Shown: one piece after another, positions 1-15,400 of the stretch
Position numbering within the stretch: position 1 is the stretch's first letter
How the letters are laid out: each line of letters begins with the position of its first letter
Assembly: GCA_030704615.1 (NCBI GenBank)
Contig: CM060732.1
Span: forward strand, 55,738,001 to 55,802,000
Source of the DNA: Takakia lepidozioides
Taxonomy: Eukaryota > Plantae > Bryophyta
Length of the DNA: 64,000 bases
Direction of reading: 5' to 3'
Position numbers and translations under genes: made by a program
Notes under the pieces: generated by a model
Databases searched by the model: none
Told to the model about the DNA's origin: nothing
The model's input: only the letters and a program-made list of their open reading frames with translations

Positions 1-1640
1 CCTTGTTCAAAGTAGGAAATTGTAGATTTTGTGATGTGACTGTAGTCAGAATCTGGGCATCCTGTCCTCAGAATTGTAGAAAGCAAGTTTCTTTCATGTG
101 GATAATATGGTCTCCAGAGCTGTGTGAAACAGTTGATTGTTTGCCAATAATTTTGAATATGTTACATGGATTTATGACTACGACTATGGTGCTCACATCA
201 AATCTGGTTCAAGAAGCTACCAGTCATTCAATGTTCATCACTTGCCATGTCAAAGGGGGAAACTTTCAAGCAAGTAGTAAATATTACCATCAAGCCCAGC
301 TCATACGTCATGAGTCATGACCCTTGTTTTGTAGTTTAGAGATGGATGAGCTGAGTGAATTAGTGATGTTCTTGTGCGGGTTGATCTTGTGTAGGGCTAA
401 CTAAGTATGGCTGGATTTTTCATTGCACCATCCTGATCTTGTAAACTCCGTACCGTGGTTAATCACAGTCAGCGTTCTCTTGACTGCAGCTTCAACATCC
501 CATGAACTAGGATAAATCTGTAGCAGTTGAGGACTTTCCAGAAAATACTGGAGAGTGTGGTACTCTCACAATTACTTCGGCGGATAGGTTTGAGTATCCA
601 AGAACTAGCCAAGAGTAGAGAGAGATAACCCTGCTCCACCATGGGCCTTCAGGCGGCACTGTCCATGCCAAGTTACTCTTAATATGCATGGGTCAGACAC
701 CTACCTCATGACTGGACCTACCTTAAGTACCAACTGGTACCAGCATGCACAACCTGAAACACTCTTCCCCAACGAAGAATATGTGCAATCTGAGAGATTC
801 TTTGACGACAACTTGTGCACTCTTGAACTCACACACACAAGAACTGTGGGACTCCTTATTGTGATTGCTCTAGTATAGAATCAAAAGTCTCAGAGATAGA
901 GGTACAGACCAGTAGACTCATCTTCAGATTATGTGGTACAAGGTCCACTCTCCAACAACGTGGACCATCAACTCCAAACTTGGCAGCAACACTTCCTGAA
1001 ATCTCACTTGAGACTCTGCTGGAAGCTGGTTGGCAAACTGCAAGTTGCAACAGTGAATGTAACTGTGGATCCATCCATGATTCCATCACTCTAGTCTCTC
1101 ACCTCCAGCGCCATCCAAGGATCTGCAGAATCAGAGTCCCACACTAAGACTTAAAGAATCATTAATGCAGTGAAGTCAAAGAGGCTGAATAGGACATGGG
1201 CTGTTATTGTTACAGATAGCCCATCTCTCTACTCCCTTCAATTCCTTTATGCCTCTTTATTGTTGTCTCTGCGCCCGAGTCAAGGGTGGCCATGCACGAG
1301 CTCGGAGATGATGATGATTATTCATCCACATATATCATCCCTATTCATCTATCTGTCACCCTTTTTCCTAATTTTATTTTATTTTATTTTTCAGGAAAAT
1401 ATTGATTCGTCCAGCTGATAGGCGAATGCATCATCCACATCCTCTCCCTCTAGTGGCTCGCGTGGCCTTCCGAAAAAAAAATAAAAAAAATAAAAAAATT
1501 GAAGAACTAAACAGAAGAATAATTCTGACGTGGACGAACGAAACCCATGGACGAAACGTTTGCAATGATGCAGTTATCATCCGTTCGGACGGAAATCATC
1601 TATAAACAGCAGGACGGGGTTGGTGGCGGGTGGTAGCCCG

Positions 1641-2723
1641 GGTCAAACCACGGTGTCAGAAGCTTTGAATGCGCACGAACGAGTTTCATCTATCACCTGA
1701 TGAATGACGCCTCACCATTAGTGGGTACACGACCTCATCCACATCTACATCCACATCCTCACGGGAGGATGGATGTCCAAATGGATGAATGAAGCTCCAC
1801 CTGGTGACTCACTGTTACGTGACGTATTGTCAACGGAAGCTTCCGCAAAGGGAGACTTGGGGGTCAATTTACGTCCGGTGGGATGAATTTGCACAAGCCA
1901 TCCATAGGACTCGCTACTGAGACCCATAAATAAATACATTCCATAGGACTCGGAGTGGTCACCGACCCGTCGTTAACAACTAAAGTCGATGGTTCCAATA
2001 AATGAGGGAATTTGGTGTATTTTTAGGACCAGCAAACGAATGAAAACGTGAGATCCTGATTGGATGTGGATGTGTGACGCTGAAGTGTGGGGGACGTTTC
2101 GTTTGGCCGGTGCGATGTGGATGGATGGAGGTCATCCATCTGGGGCCTCGTAATGGCATAGTTGACTCGGAAGGCTTTTGACTGTTCCTGGAAGCTCTTG
2201 CTGGCTATGGTGGTCAAACTCCCTGCGGCCCTCTCCTGCTTCCTCGTCACCCAGGTGCAGCGGTGCGAGACGAGCTGTGGAGGCTGTGGCTGTGGAGGAA
2301 TCGGGGGGGGGTTGGTGGTTGTCTTATTGTGTTTTCGTTGGTAGCGTGAAGGGGGGTTGTGAGGTCGGTTGAGGCGAGGGAGTGATGTGAAGGAAGGAAC
2401 AGGGAGGTGGAAGATGGAGGAGCTTGTTTGTTTTGGGAAAGTGTAATCTTGTTGCGTTGGAGTGAGTGGTGTGCAAGCACGAAGGCTGAAGTCGGTATGG
2501 GAGGGAGGGTGAACTCGTATGCCTGGGGAAGGTTGAATGCAGATGTGACAGTGGTTGTGAGGAATTGCGGTGTCGGAAATGCAAGCAACCTGATGGATTT
2601 GGGCGAGGAGTAGTAAATCCAGAGAGCGGGAGCAGGATCAGACCGTATGTCAAAGGAAAGCTTCATCAAGATGCCAGATTTGCTTTTGCGTAATTAGGAA
2701 GCAAGTGCATGCATCTTGGTCAA
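1641..2723. promoter_or_regulatory. W-box (TTGACY) cluster upstream of the WRKY gene
   Basis: TTGACY or its reverse RGTCAA at 1641, 1862, 2162, 2178, 2212 and 2718: six sites in ~1.1 kb, against about one expected by chance. Confidence 0.5.
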
Positions 2724-2795
2724 TATTAAGCATCGTCCAGAGAGCTAGAATCCTAGAGATGCAGGATTCTTGAGTGTAAGAAAGTGAAGGAACTT

Positions 2796-5336
<2,541 letters not shown>

Positions 5337-6468
5337 CATGGACACTTTGTAGAAATCTTCCTTGCGGCAACAACTTTCGTTTACGTATATAGTTACATAC
5401 CATTTTGAGAGCCCAAGACCTCAAATGAGATCTTAAACTTCTCCACTTAACCCAGTTTGTTTTCACTCATTGGAAAACACCATAAATAAGGCTCTTTATA
5501 ACTTGTCTCCTCCTGACATATGGTAGTGGGAGTGAGATTCGAATACCCCGTCCAATTCTTTTCCAGAGTATGTTCATACAGACACATGCTGCAGTTGCTG
5601 GGCTTGCATGGCGAGTAACTGCAAGTTGGGATTGCCAGGATAGGGAGGAAGGTAAAATTACCTTCAAAGAGTAGACATCAGTAGCAAGATATCTCTACTA
5701 ACTGTAGGTTCGCTGGGTCGCACTCCCAACCTTTTAGTGGTAGTTCAGTGGTACTGAAATGGCACAGCCCCAGCAGAGGCAAGAGGTAGAACTCTGTTGG
5801 TGTGTTTGCAATGGCAAGGTCTACCTGGTTTCTCAATCATCCTACTCCTCAGATTCTTCTTGAACAACAGCAAAGTACCCCTGCTGTATGATGTTAGAAA
5901 ATTTGCATACTTGCGTGCCACCTAGATGCACAACTCCTGGATCACATGGACTTTCAAGGAGTGAGTTGCAGTGTCATCGTGCTTAGGAACACTCTCCCTC
6001 ATTTGGTAGCCTGATGCAAAGAAAGGCATAGTTGAGATGATTGTCTGCACCATCAAAGAGTCTGAGCGCACACCTCCGCAGGCTCTTCGGCTTTCGGTAA
6101 ACCTAAAGTGGCACATGATTGAAAACGTAATCGAGAAATCCGTCGGCATTTGTTGAGGAGACTCGTCCTGTGATCGGGGGACTCATTGTAACAGGTGCTT
6201 GGAATCACGCAAAAGTACAATCTGTTGTTTTAATACATCATCACAAACGCCACATCTCTCTCTTCCTGCAGTCTTCGCTCACAATGTGTGCCATATCATA
6301 TCATACTCCACAACTCTCGGAAAGCTCAGAACAGAGAATCCAAACAGTTCAGAGATCCCAGAGCTTTTCTTTGTGCGTCGGTTGCAGAAAAGATCCATGG
6401 GGTAACTGACTTAGGCGCCCTCCTTACTGGAAGCGTGCAGACGCAGTCTGTGCGCAGCAGCTGCAGCT

Positions 6469-9400
6469 ATGGATGCAAATGCCAAGAAATCTGCGAAGGC
6501 TGGTAAAGGAAGCAGTCGAGATGCAACGCTCAAGCTTAGTAAGAATCGGCTAACACTTCCGCTGGGGCTTGCTGTTCTTGCATCCTCTGTTTAGAGCGCA
6601 GACTGAGATCACGTAATGACAGGCTCATAGTCGTGATTATATGAAATTCATGGTGTAGCATGAGGTTCTCTTTGGAAGGTTTACAGTAGAGTTTAGTTGG
6701 ACCGCAATTGAAGTGGGATACAGGGGTGTCGAGGGGGTCGGGGTTTGAGCGAAGACCAAATTACCGATGGGATGCACAACCTGCTTCTCTTTTTCAGTAG
6801 GAGGAATTTTGTTGTGTGCTTGCAGAGTCGCCGGCTGAGTTCTTCTCCGAGAACAAGAATATTGCGGGTTTTGACAATGTAAACCGTTTCTCACCACCTT
6901 CTTGCAGGCTAAACGTAGCAAAAAAATTCGAGCGACCAGCTACTGCAGAATAGTTTTCCTTGCTTTCCGTGATCATCACATTGGCAGTCCTCCCTTATTT
7001 TCTGAGTGAAGATGGAATTTGCACGTAACTATGATCCCATCATTACCATGATCACTAGTTTTTCTGGAGAGAAATATTTCATTGGACTTATCTTCGTCTT
7101 CAATCTCGATTTCAATTGGAAATGAAATGTTCATGAGTGGTTGGAGTGACACAGCCCGGGAAGAGTCTGTACACAACAGTCCGAGAGCTCGTGGAAAATT
7201 CCCTTGATTCTGCGGAGTCGATTGCCGAGCTCCCCGTCATTGAAGTCACCATGTGAGTAAGGATGCAAGTTGTTTGTGCTACAGCTTATTAGCATGGCAT
7301 CTCCAAATTTGCTATTCCTTCTCTCGCTATCTGTCTGTGTATCCCGATATTTATGCTACAAGAGGCCTATAGTGTGCCCTTTATCTCAACTGGAAGTGCA
7401 ACTACAGACACAGGTCACTCACACTTGTAAGGTAGAGGCATACATTGGTAGTGCTGAAATACGTACAGTTTTATGAGTATGATGTAAACCCACCACAATT
7501 CCCGAGCGAGGCCACAGAATGACCTGGAAAATAATTTACAGATCAGAACTCTTAGCTGTGAGTGAGCAACAAAGAAGGGGAGGGGCAGATCCTGGCTAGG
7601 GGTCCAAGGGGTTTATTTAAGTTGAAGGCTCATGATCCAGAAACTGAATTTTTTTCCATTGGTAGATTTCAGCCCTAGTATGCATCTTTCCTGTACTGAA
7701 TCGTTGTCAGCTATGCGTACGCGCTATGGCAAGTTTGGGTGGTGTTTTATTCAATGGAGGCTTAAAACCCCATGACCAGCTCCTAGGGTTGGACAAACCC
7801 ATGGAATTTTTCATCCTGGAATTCTTAATCTGTTTTGGAGTTTTGTCTCTGGTGCTGGAAGTATTACTTGCTAACCTGCGATTCCTGATCTGCAGTGAGG
7901 AGATTAGTAGATCCCAATTCAATGCCATGATCGGACTTGTTGATCGAGAGCGTGTAGATGCAGCCCTTTATGATGACTTTGAGTCTGAAAAAGCTCGGGA
8001 GGTAAGTTCTTGTATGTAATCTGCTAGCAATGTAGCTGGCATTGTTCTGCTAGATGCTTCACCTTGCTGCAGGTCTTTGAGGAAGTAGTATACGAAATTT
8101 ACTACATCTGCAGGGAGCTCCAAGGGCCCTAGGGGCACAGTTAAACCACAGAAACTAAAGAACAAATGAAACCCAAATGTTGCATGGAGTTCAAGTGCTT
8201 CATGGGTAAGCTGGAGCACTTCACGTCCTCATAACTGGAAGGCTTCTGCCACGTGAAAAAATTGACACAGAGAGAGGGAGAAGAAACAACTGCTTTTTTG
8301 CCTCCACCATCAAGATAAAAGCAAGAGAAATGAAATGAAATGGTGCTTTATAACGATAAAAGATAAAAGCAAGAGAGAGAGAGAGTGACAGAGAGAAATA
8401 AAATGATACTTTTATAACGTTCGTGTAAAGCTTAAAGAGCTTATGGGACGAGAAAGCATGAAACCAGAAAGAGAGAGGGGCCCTCCACAAGCTTGTTTAG
8501 TTCTATTGTTCAATCTCATGCATAGATGCTGCTAAGCATTTCTGATCCTTGTTATGGAAGACCTCTGTGAGAGATTGGTTAGACGATATAATCTCCCATG
8601 GATCTCACAGTAGAGAGGACAGTGAAACTGAGTCTCCACAAGCATTACCTGCATGCCTGGGAAATCGGTAATCTCATGGTAAACCTAGAGCAACAAGCTC
8701 TGCCGTCCAAAATTCTTGCCAACAGCATGTGTGGGTGGCAGAAACGTCTTGTCAAAGAAGCACGAGAGCAAGAGAAGCAAGCCAAGGCTATGGCTGCAGG
8801 GAAAAAGATGAAGGAAGCCGCTGCTCCCAAGTTGGGTAAGGGACGTGGTGAAACAGCCTTCTTCAAGGTCACTTGCAAGGTACATATAGGCTCCACATAT
8901 CTCACCTCATCACAAATGAGCAGTAATTCACCAATTTTTCTAGTGTTCTACCCCTTGCTTGAAGTTCTGACCAGGGTTACTAGGGTGTCACTTGGAGGCA
9001 TTGAAAGAGGGCTTTGGGTTTCCATCAGATGGTTGAATTCTTCTCGCAGAAAAGAAAGAAAGAGTCCACTTTTTTTTAATGTTCTCCGTTGGGCAGTTGT
9101 TGCCCGAGGAACAACTGGAATCTACTTTTGACTGTTTGGTATGGAAGACTAACTAATCATTTTGAAAGAATACTTCTTCCGAGTCAGAAGCAGATTTGAG
9201 AATTCTTTTTCATAAGCACAAACTATCCAAGCTTCAGGGGTGAAGGTTGATGGACATTCAGGGGCCTCGGTTAAAGAGTCTGAAGGAGTGCATGCTATTT
9301 ATCAACCCGCCTGTCAGGCACTGCATTATGCAATCATCTGCAGTATGGCTCTAGAATCCATGCTTTCTGCATGCTTACCTCAGTGATAATCCCAAAATAA

Positions 9401-12400
9401 AATTTCTGTTTGAGTTATCTTTAGTTGCTGATGTAGGTGGTTGACAATGTGTAGGATAATGGGAAAGGAATGCCGCATGATGACATCCCAAATATGCTTG
9501 GGCGAGGTAAGTTACTATTTGAAGCTTTCTTTTTTGGCAGTGATTACGAGAGTTATACTGAAAGTACAGATCTTGTAATGTATTGTTTTGGTGTTAGAAG
9601 AGGTAAGTACAAATTATGTATTATTCCAGATGAGGAGTGGAAAATCTGCTATATTGTGTCTTTAAGCCTTTTGGCTGTGGGATTTCTCTTACCTCGAACT
9701 ATGATCTTGATGGATTGTTTTTTGACTGTGTAGTACTTTCGGGAACAAAGTACGGCCTGAAGCAAACACGTGGAAAGTTTGGACTGGGTGCCAAGATGGT
9801 GAAGCATATTTCAAACTGCACCCATAATACAAAAACTTCTCCAAACAGGCCATAAGTTACCATCTTTTGTTCATAGCTTACTGACACAATCATTTGAGCC
9901 TTGTTTGGAGTTTTGCAGTATTCTTCTTCCCTTGGAAATCTTCAATTAAGGGGTGTCTACAAATCCTCATGTTGCAAATTGCAGGCATTGATCTGGTCAA
10001 AAATGAGCACTGGTTTGCCTATTGATATTTGGAGCGCTACAAAAAACCAAAGTTTTATTTCTTTCTGCCGACTCGATATTGACATCCACAAGTAAGCCTA
10101 GGTCAGCCCATGAGCTTCAGTTTGAGGCTTGTTGATGAGAACAAATTCTACCTTGCTCTTATCACGTTAATGCCATCCACTTTCTAGGCAGACCGGAGTC
10201 ACATCATCCAAATGCTTATATGATGGAGTGCAGAGCACATTATAGTAAACAGCTGGGCAAGAGAGAGCATCCTCTTGGACATCACACCTCCTTGATATTC
10301 TTGTTGCTAGGCTCTCTTGTGAAGCTATGTGCTAAGTTCTGCTCAAGAGATGACCAATGTGGTCCTAATGTAGAACCCATAGTGGGTCTGTAGCGGGCCA
10401 GTAACATCTGCTAGGTTGCTGTGTTTTTGCTATTAAAAGGGAGTGTGTGCAGTAATTAAGAGGGACCATGTTTCTATTTCTTTTAATGTATGTCATGGGT
10501 TATATCAGGAATGTTCCCAATATCCACAAGAATGAAAAGCGAAGCAATACAGAGGGTTGGCGTGGAGCTGAGCTCCAGGTCACCATTGAAGGCAACTGGA
10601 CTACTTATCGTGTATGTAAACAGAAGATTGTACCTGTCTATGCTGCTGTGGCAGTGAAAAGTGGAGGTGGCCGTTTGCGTAGTTGCAGTTCCTGGTAGTA
10701 GGAACGAGGTTGTTTGTCTTTAGAAAAGAAACTTCCTCGACAGGTGGTTGTTAAGTATTTGTCAATCAATAGGTGCCTGATTTAGGTTTGTGCTGATTAG
10801 GGACAGCATGTCTCATGCCTGTTTGAGTGTCTGTTTCTGTCTTGCATGCTGAAAATTTTTAAATGTAGTCTAGGGATGCCTTCACACCTTCATATGGAAT
10901 TTCATGTTGTGGTTGTTGCTTACAGTCAAAGATCCTTAACTACATGCGCCAGATGGCAGTCATCACCCCATATGCTCAGTTCCTTTTCCGCTACATCGGT
11001 ACAACAGCTGAGTGAGTGCTGCTCCTAATTCCTCTTCACTTTCCAGCCATACACAGTTTCACACACTCTTCCAATCTGTCCTGGCTAATATCTCTCCCTC
11101 TCTGGTGCTTCTCCTTCCTATGGGCTCTCCAGGATCCCTGTAAAGCTTCCTTCTTTCTTTTGAGAGGACTCTGCAACACGCACATCAGTGAGTTGTCTAA
11201 TATGGTGTTTCGTCTTCTTATTGTGCTGATTCTGAAAGTTGATATGCAATCTTTGCAGCAAGAATATGACAATACGATTTTCAAGGCGGACAGATGTGAT
11301 GCCTCCCATACCTGAAGAGACGAAATATCATCCGTCTGCTGTGGACCTCTTGCTCATAAAGAGATTGATTGCAGAGACAACAAAGCCGGCCCTGCTTCAG
11401 TTTCTGCAGTATGAATTTGTCAGCATCAACAAGGCACATGCTGACCGCCTCATTGGTAGAATACTGGCGGGAACGCAAAACTGGAGAGCATAGGCACTTC
11501 TTAACAGCAATGGACCTAGAGTTTTCAGTGTAAACTTGGGTCATGTCTGCTGGTTGGGCTTTGCTGGGAGGCTTTCCAGCTCTCCTGTTTACATGGGAAT
11601 TATGGAGCATTGCTAGTTTGGAGAGAGTACTCTACAGATATACTTACTGGTCTTCTTTACATCTGGATTACTGATCACCTCATTGAAATTGATCCTAATC
11701 TTCAGGTGAAATGGGACCAGAATTTACCAACAAAATGAATGTTAAGTCACTCACCGATGAGCAGATTGTCCGCATTCATCAGCTGTTCCGCCAAGCCAAA
11801 TTTGATGACCCAAGTGGCGAGGTAAATTTCCAGTGTTTTCAGTGACCAGGTTGCTGATTTACATGCAAGTGCAGTTCTATGAGTGCCCTGTTCTACTCAT
11901 ACTTTGAAATTTAAAATCATTTTCAAAATCAATCAGGCAGTGACAGAAGATAACAAGGAAAGACATTTTGTTCTCTTAAAATCCACATTTGGCTTCTTAT
12001 TTGTCGACCCTCAGTGTGTGAGATGAACTATGGGTTCAGTGCCAGTCTGTGCTTCACCCTCATCCAATCTTTCTGAAGACTTGTCATGTCACTCTTCACC
12101 TAATTGTTGTGAGCATGGCCCCACTATTATAACGTTGTCACTTTGCTTCTGCAGTGCCTCAGCCCTGCTGGAGAGTACAATCTGCGCCTAGGTATCATGA
12201 AGGAGTTGCATCCTGACATGGTCGCAACTTACGAGGGCAGGTAGTTTGAAACTTTTAGCCCTATCCTGTCCCAACAATGTTCTACTACTATGTGAATTGT
12301 TGCAATATCCACGTTCTTTTTCATCCTGTTTCAAATTCAACAAGTACCCAAGGTTTAGTTCTCCATGGCTACACTTCAGGTGCTCCTGGGCTCCTCCTGT

Positions 12401-15400
12401 GGCCTTTGTCGGGCCTTACGCAAGTTGGTCTAGCCAGCTAGAGGTGCAGTGCAGTAGTCAGTGAAGTAGTCAGTTTATGCATTGTCCCTTGGTGCTTCAT
12501 AGTTTTGACTGAAAGCAGTTTACTATGAGCTCTTGCTGCAATGCGCAGTCATCATTTACATCTTTCTTGCCTGGAGCACTTGGGAAGCACAAAGCAAAGT
12601 GCAGTCCTTGGCAATGTACAACCTTAACTTCAACTGAATAGGAGTTCAGTGCATTTCTGTTTGGAAGCTGAAGGTCCCGTGGTTTGCCTGCAGTCCACAT
12701 GTATTTGAAGGTCACCCATTTCTTGTGGAGGCAGGTGTCAGCCTCGGTGGTAAAGATGTGAAGCCGGTATTTGTCCTCTCTCTCTCTTTACCTTTGAGTA
12801 TCTCTTGAAGTTGAATATTTGTTTTTGGCTGCTCGTCGAGAGCCTCACAATCTTTCTTGTATCCTGCTATCTTTTTCCCATAAGCTCTTTGAGATTTACG
12901 CAGACAGTATAATGTACCATTTCATTCCGAGAATAAAGTATCATTTCATTTCATTTCTTTCTTTTTTCTAATTCTTGTGGTTCTTTCTCTCTTTAGTTTT
13001 CAGGATGCTTGTTGAGGGCCTCACCTTCTTTTCTACTGCTTTCTTTCGTCTTTAAGCTTCCCGCGGACGTTATAAAGTACCATTTCACTTCGTTATTTTT
13101 TTCCAAGCAATGCTTGGCGCCAGAGGCACAACTCCATCTCACATCCTATGTGCATGCGTGCCACTTCAAACCGAGGCCCTCTTCCGGCTTACAATCTTTC
13201 TTAAAAGGTTACAAGCCCTCCCACCCGAGGGGCTCATGGCAAGAGCCCTCGCAACATCTATTAGCTCAAAACAGCAGGTTTCAAGCACTCCTGGTATGCT
13301 CGAGTGTGCAGTTTTTTTGAGCACAATGGACTCTCTATTGCTTCACTACTCCACAAAATCCAGAAGGGGTGGAAATCACATCCAAACAGGACCGCAACAG
13401 ATTCAGTAGAAGAAATGAAATGAAATGGTGCTTTATAACGTCCACGGAAAGCTCGTAGAGCTTATGGGACAAATGGAAGGAAACATGAGAGAGGAACAAA
13501 TCCAGAAACCACAATTAATGTTCTAGCGATTGTCTAAGGGTGAAGGCCTCGTGTAAGTAGGCTGCCACGCATTTTTGATCCTCATAGTGAAAGACATCAG
13601 TGAGAGTTTGGGTTCCACTGAAATCTCCCACGGATCTCGTAGTATAGAGGGCAGTAGAAGAAGAAGTGTTCTTCAGTTTCAATTTCCTTGCTGCGCCCTA
13701 TGCAAGCTGGACATAGGCGGTCCTCCCGTTGCAGGTTTTCCCATCTGCCAGTCTCTATCCGTAGGTTGTGGGAACCCACCCTGAACCGCCCCAATGCCCT
13801 CAAGAGGGAAGGAGATAAGGGTGCTGAAAGGTAATTTGGTCTCAAGATTCTATCATCGCGGAGCACCAGGAATGTCTCTCGATAGAAGTGGAGCTTTGTC
13901 GTGAGATTGGGTAGCATCCAAGTTCTCTTGACATGTAATTCCATAAGCTCTCTCCGAATGAGTCTGTTGCGGTCATGTCTGGATGTGATGTCCACCTCAT
14001 CTGGGTTCATTGGTAATAGGAAAGCAGTAGAAAGTCCGTTACGTTGAAACTGTCCACTCGAGCATACCAGGAGTTCCTGAAACCTGCAGCTTTGAGCCTC
14101 ATAGATGTTGTGAGGGCCCTTGCCACTAGCCCTTTGGGTGGAAGGGCCTGCAATCTATGGAGAAAGATTGTAAGCCTGAAGAGGGCCTCGGATTGCAATG
14201 GTACACATGCGAACTCTGCACCTAGGATCTGAGATGGAGTTGTGCTCCTGGCGCCAAGCATTGCTTGGAGAAAAGATGACTGTAATGGTTCCAAATTCTT
14301 TTCCCACCAGGAGACAGGGACACCAGGTGCCCAGAACTCACAACCATAGATGGTAGCAGGGCTGACGACGGTGTCAAACAGCCACTTTTTGGTCGGGGGA
14401 TGCCGCAGATGTGTTTGCTTGCATTTGGCCTGAAGGCGGACGGAGGCCGCCTTACCTTTAGTCAACCTGTCCAAGGCAGTGGCTGCAAAGTGAAACGTGG
14501 GGGAGTGGATAACCAGACCTAGGTACCGGTATGATTTCACAATCTCAATTTCCTGCTGGTTGAAGATGAATCTACGATCAGCCTGGCCATTGAAGACCAT
14601 GATCTTGGTCTTGCTAAGGTTGACCTGCATCCCATAGTCTTTGCAGAACTGTTCCAAAATTTTGAGATGGCGTTGCAGAAAGACCGGGGATTGTGCCAAA
14701 AGGGCAACATCATCAGCATAGAGGAGATCTGATTGGGTTGGTCCCCCACCCAATGGGACCCCAACCCCATGGTTTTTTGATATGTAATTCTCCAAGGCGT
14801 CAATGGAGATCCCGAACAGGGTAGGTGAAAGGGGGCAGCCCTGTTTGACTCCAATGTTGCTGTGGATCTCGGCTGAGAATTCACCAGCGACGTTGACCAT
14901 GCCAGTGACAATCTCATACATAGAAGAGATGGCACAAAGGATGTCTGGAGGGACTTCCACTCTATAGAGCCGTTGGAAGAGAAGGTCCCGAGGAACTGAA
15001 TCAAAGGCTTTGTGAAAGTCCACGAAGCAAACATAGACCATTCTTTTGTCATAGCGTGCACTTTCCACCATAACTTGAAGAGTGAAGATGTGGTCAATAG
15101 TAGATCGGTTTCGACGGAAACCAGCCTGTCCCTCAGCACGAATGCGAGAGTACTCAGCCCAATCATCCAGTTCCATGGCCACTACTGCCCCAAACAGTTT
15201 AGCAAGTAATGAGGACACCATGATAGTACGATAGTTTGTCGGTGCGAGCCTGTCACCGCTCTTAAAAAGTGGGTGGATGATGCTCTTTGTCCACTCTGTT
15301 GGAAAGCCCCGTTGCACCACCTCATTGAAGAGGTTAGCTATAAAAGGGGCTAAAGTAGGTGCAGCATGCTTGATGAATTCACTCTGAAGTCCTGAAATGT

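Noticed and set aside
480-1130. Short ORFs suggesting a gene fragment upstream of WRKY
   Set aside because: No recognisable motif or consistent frame.
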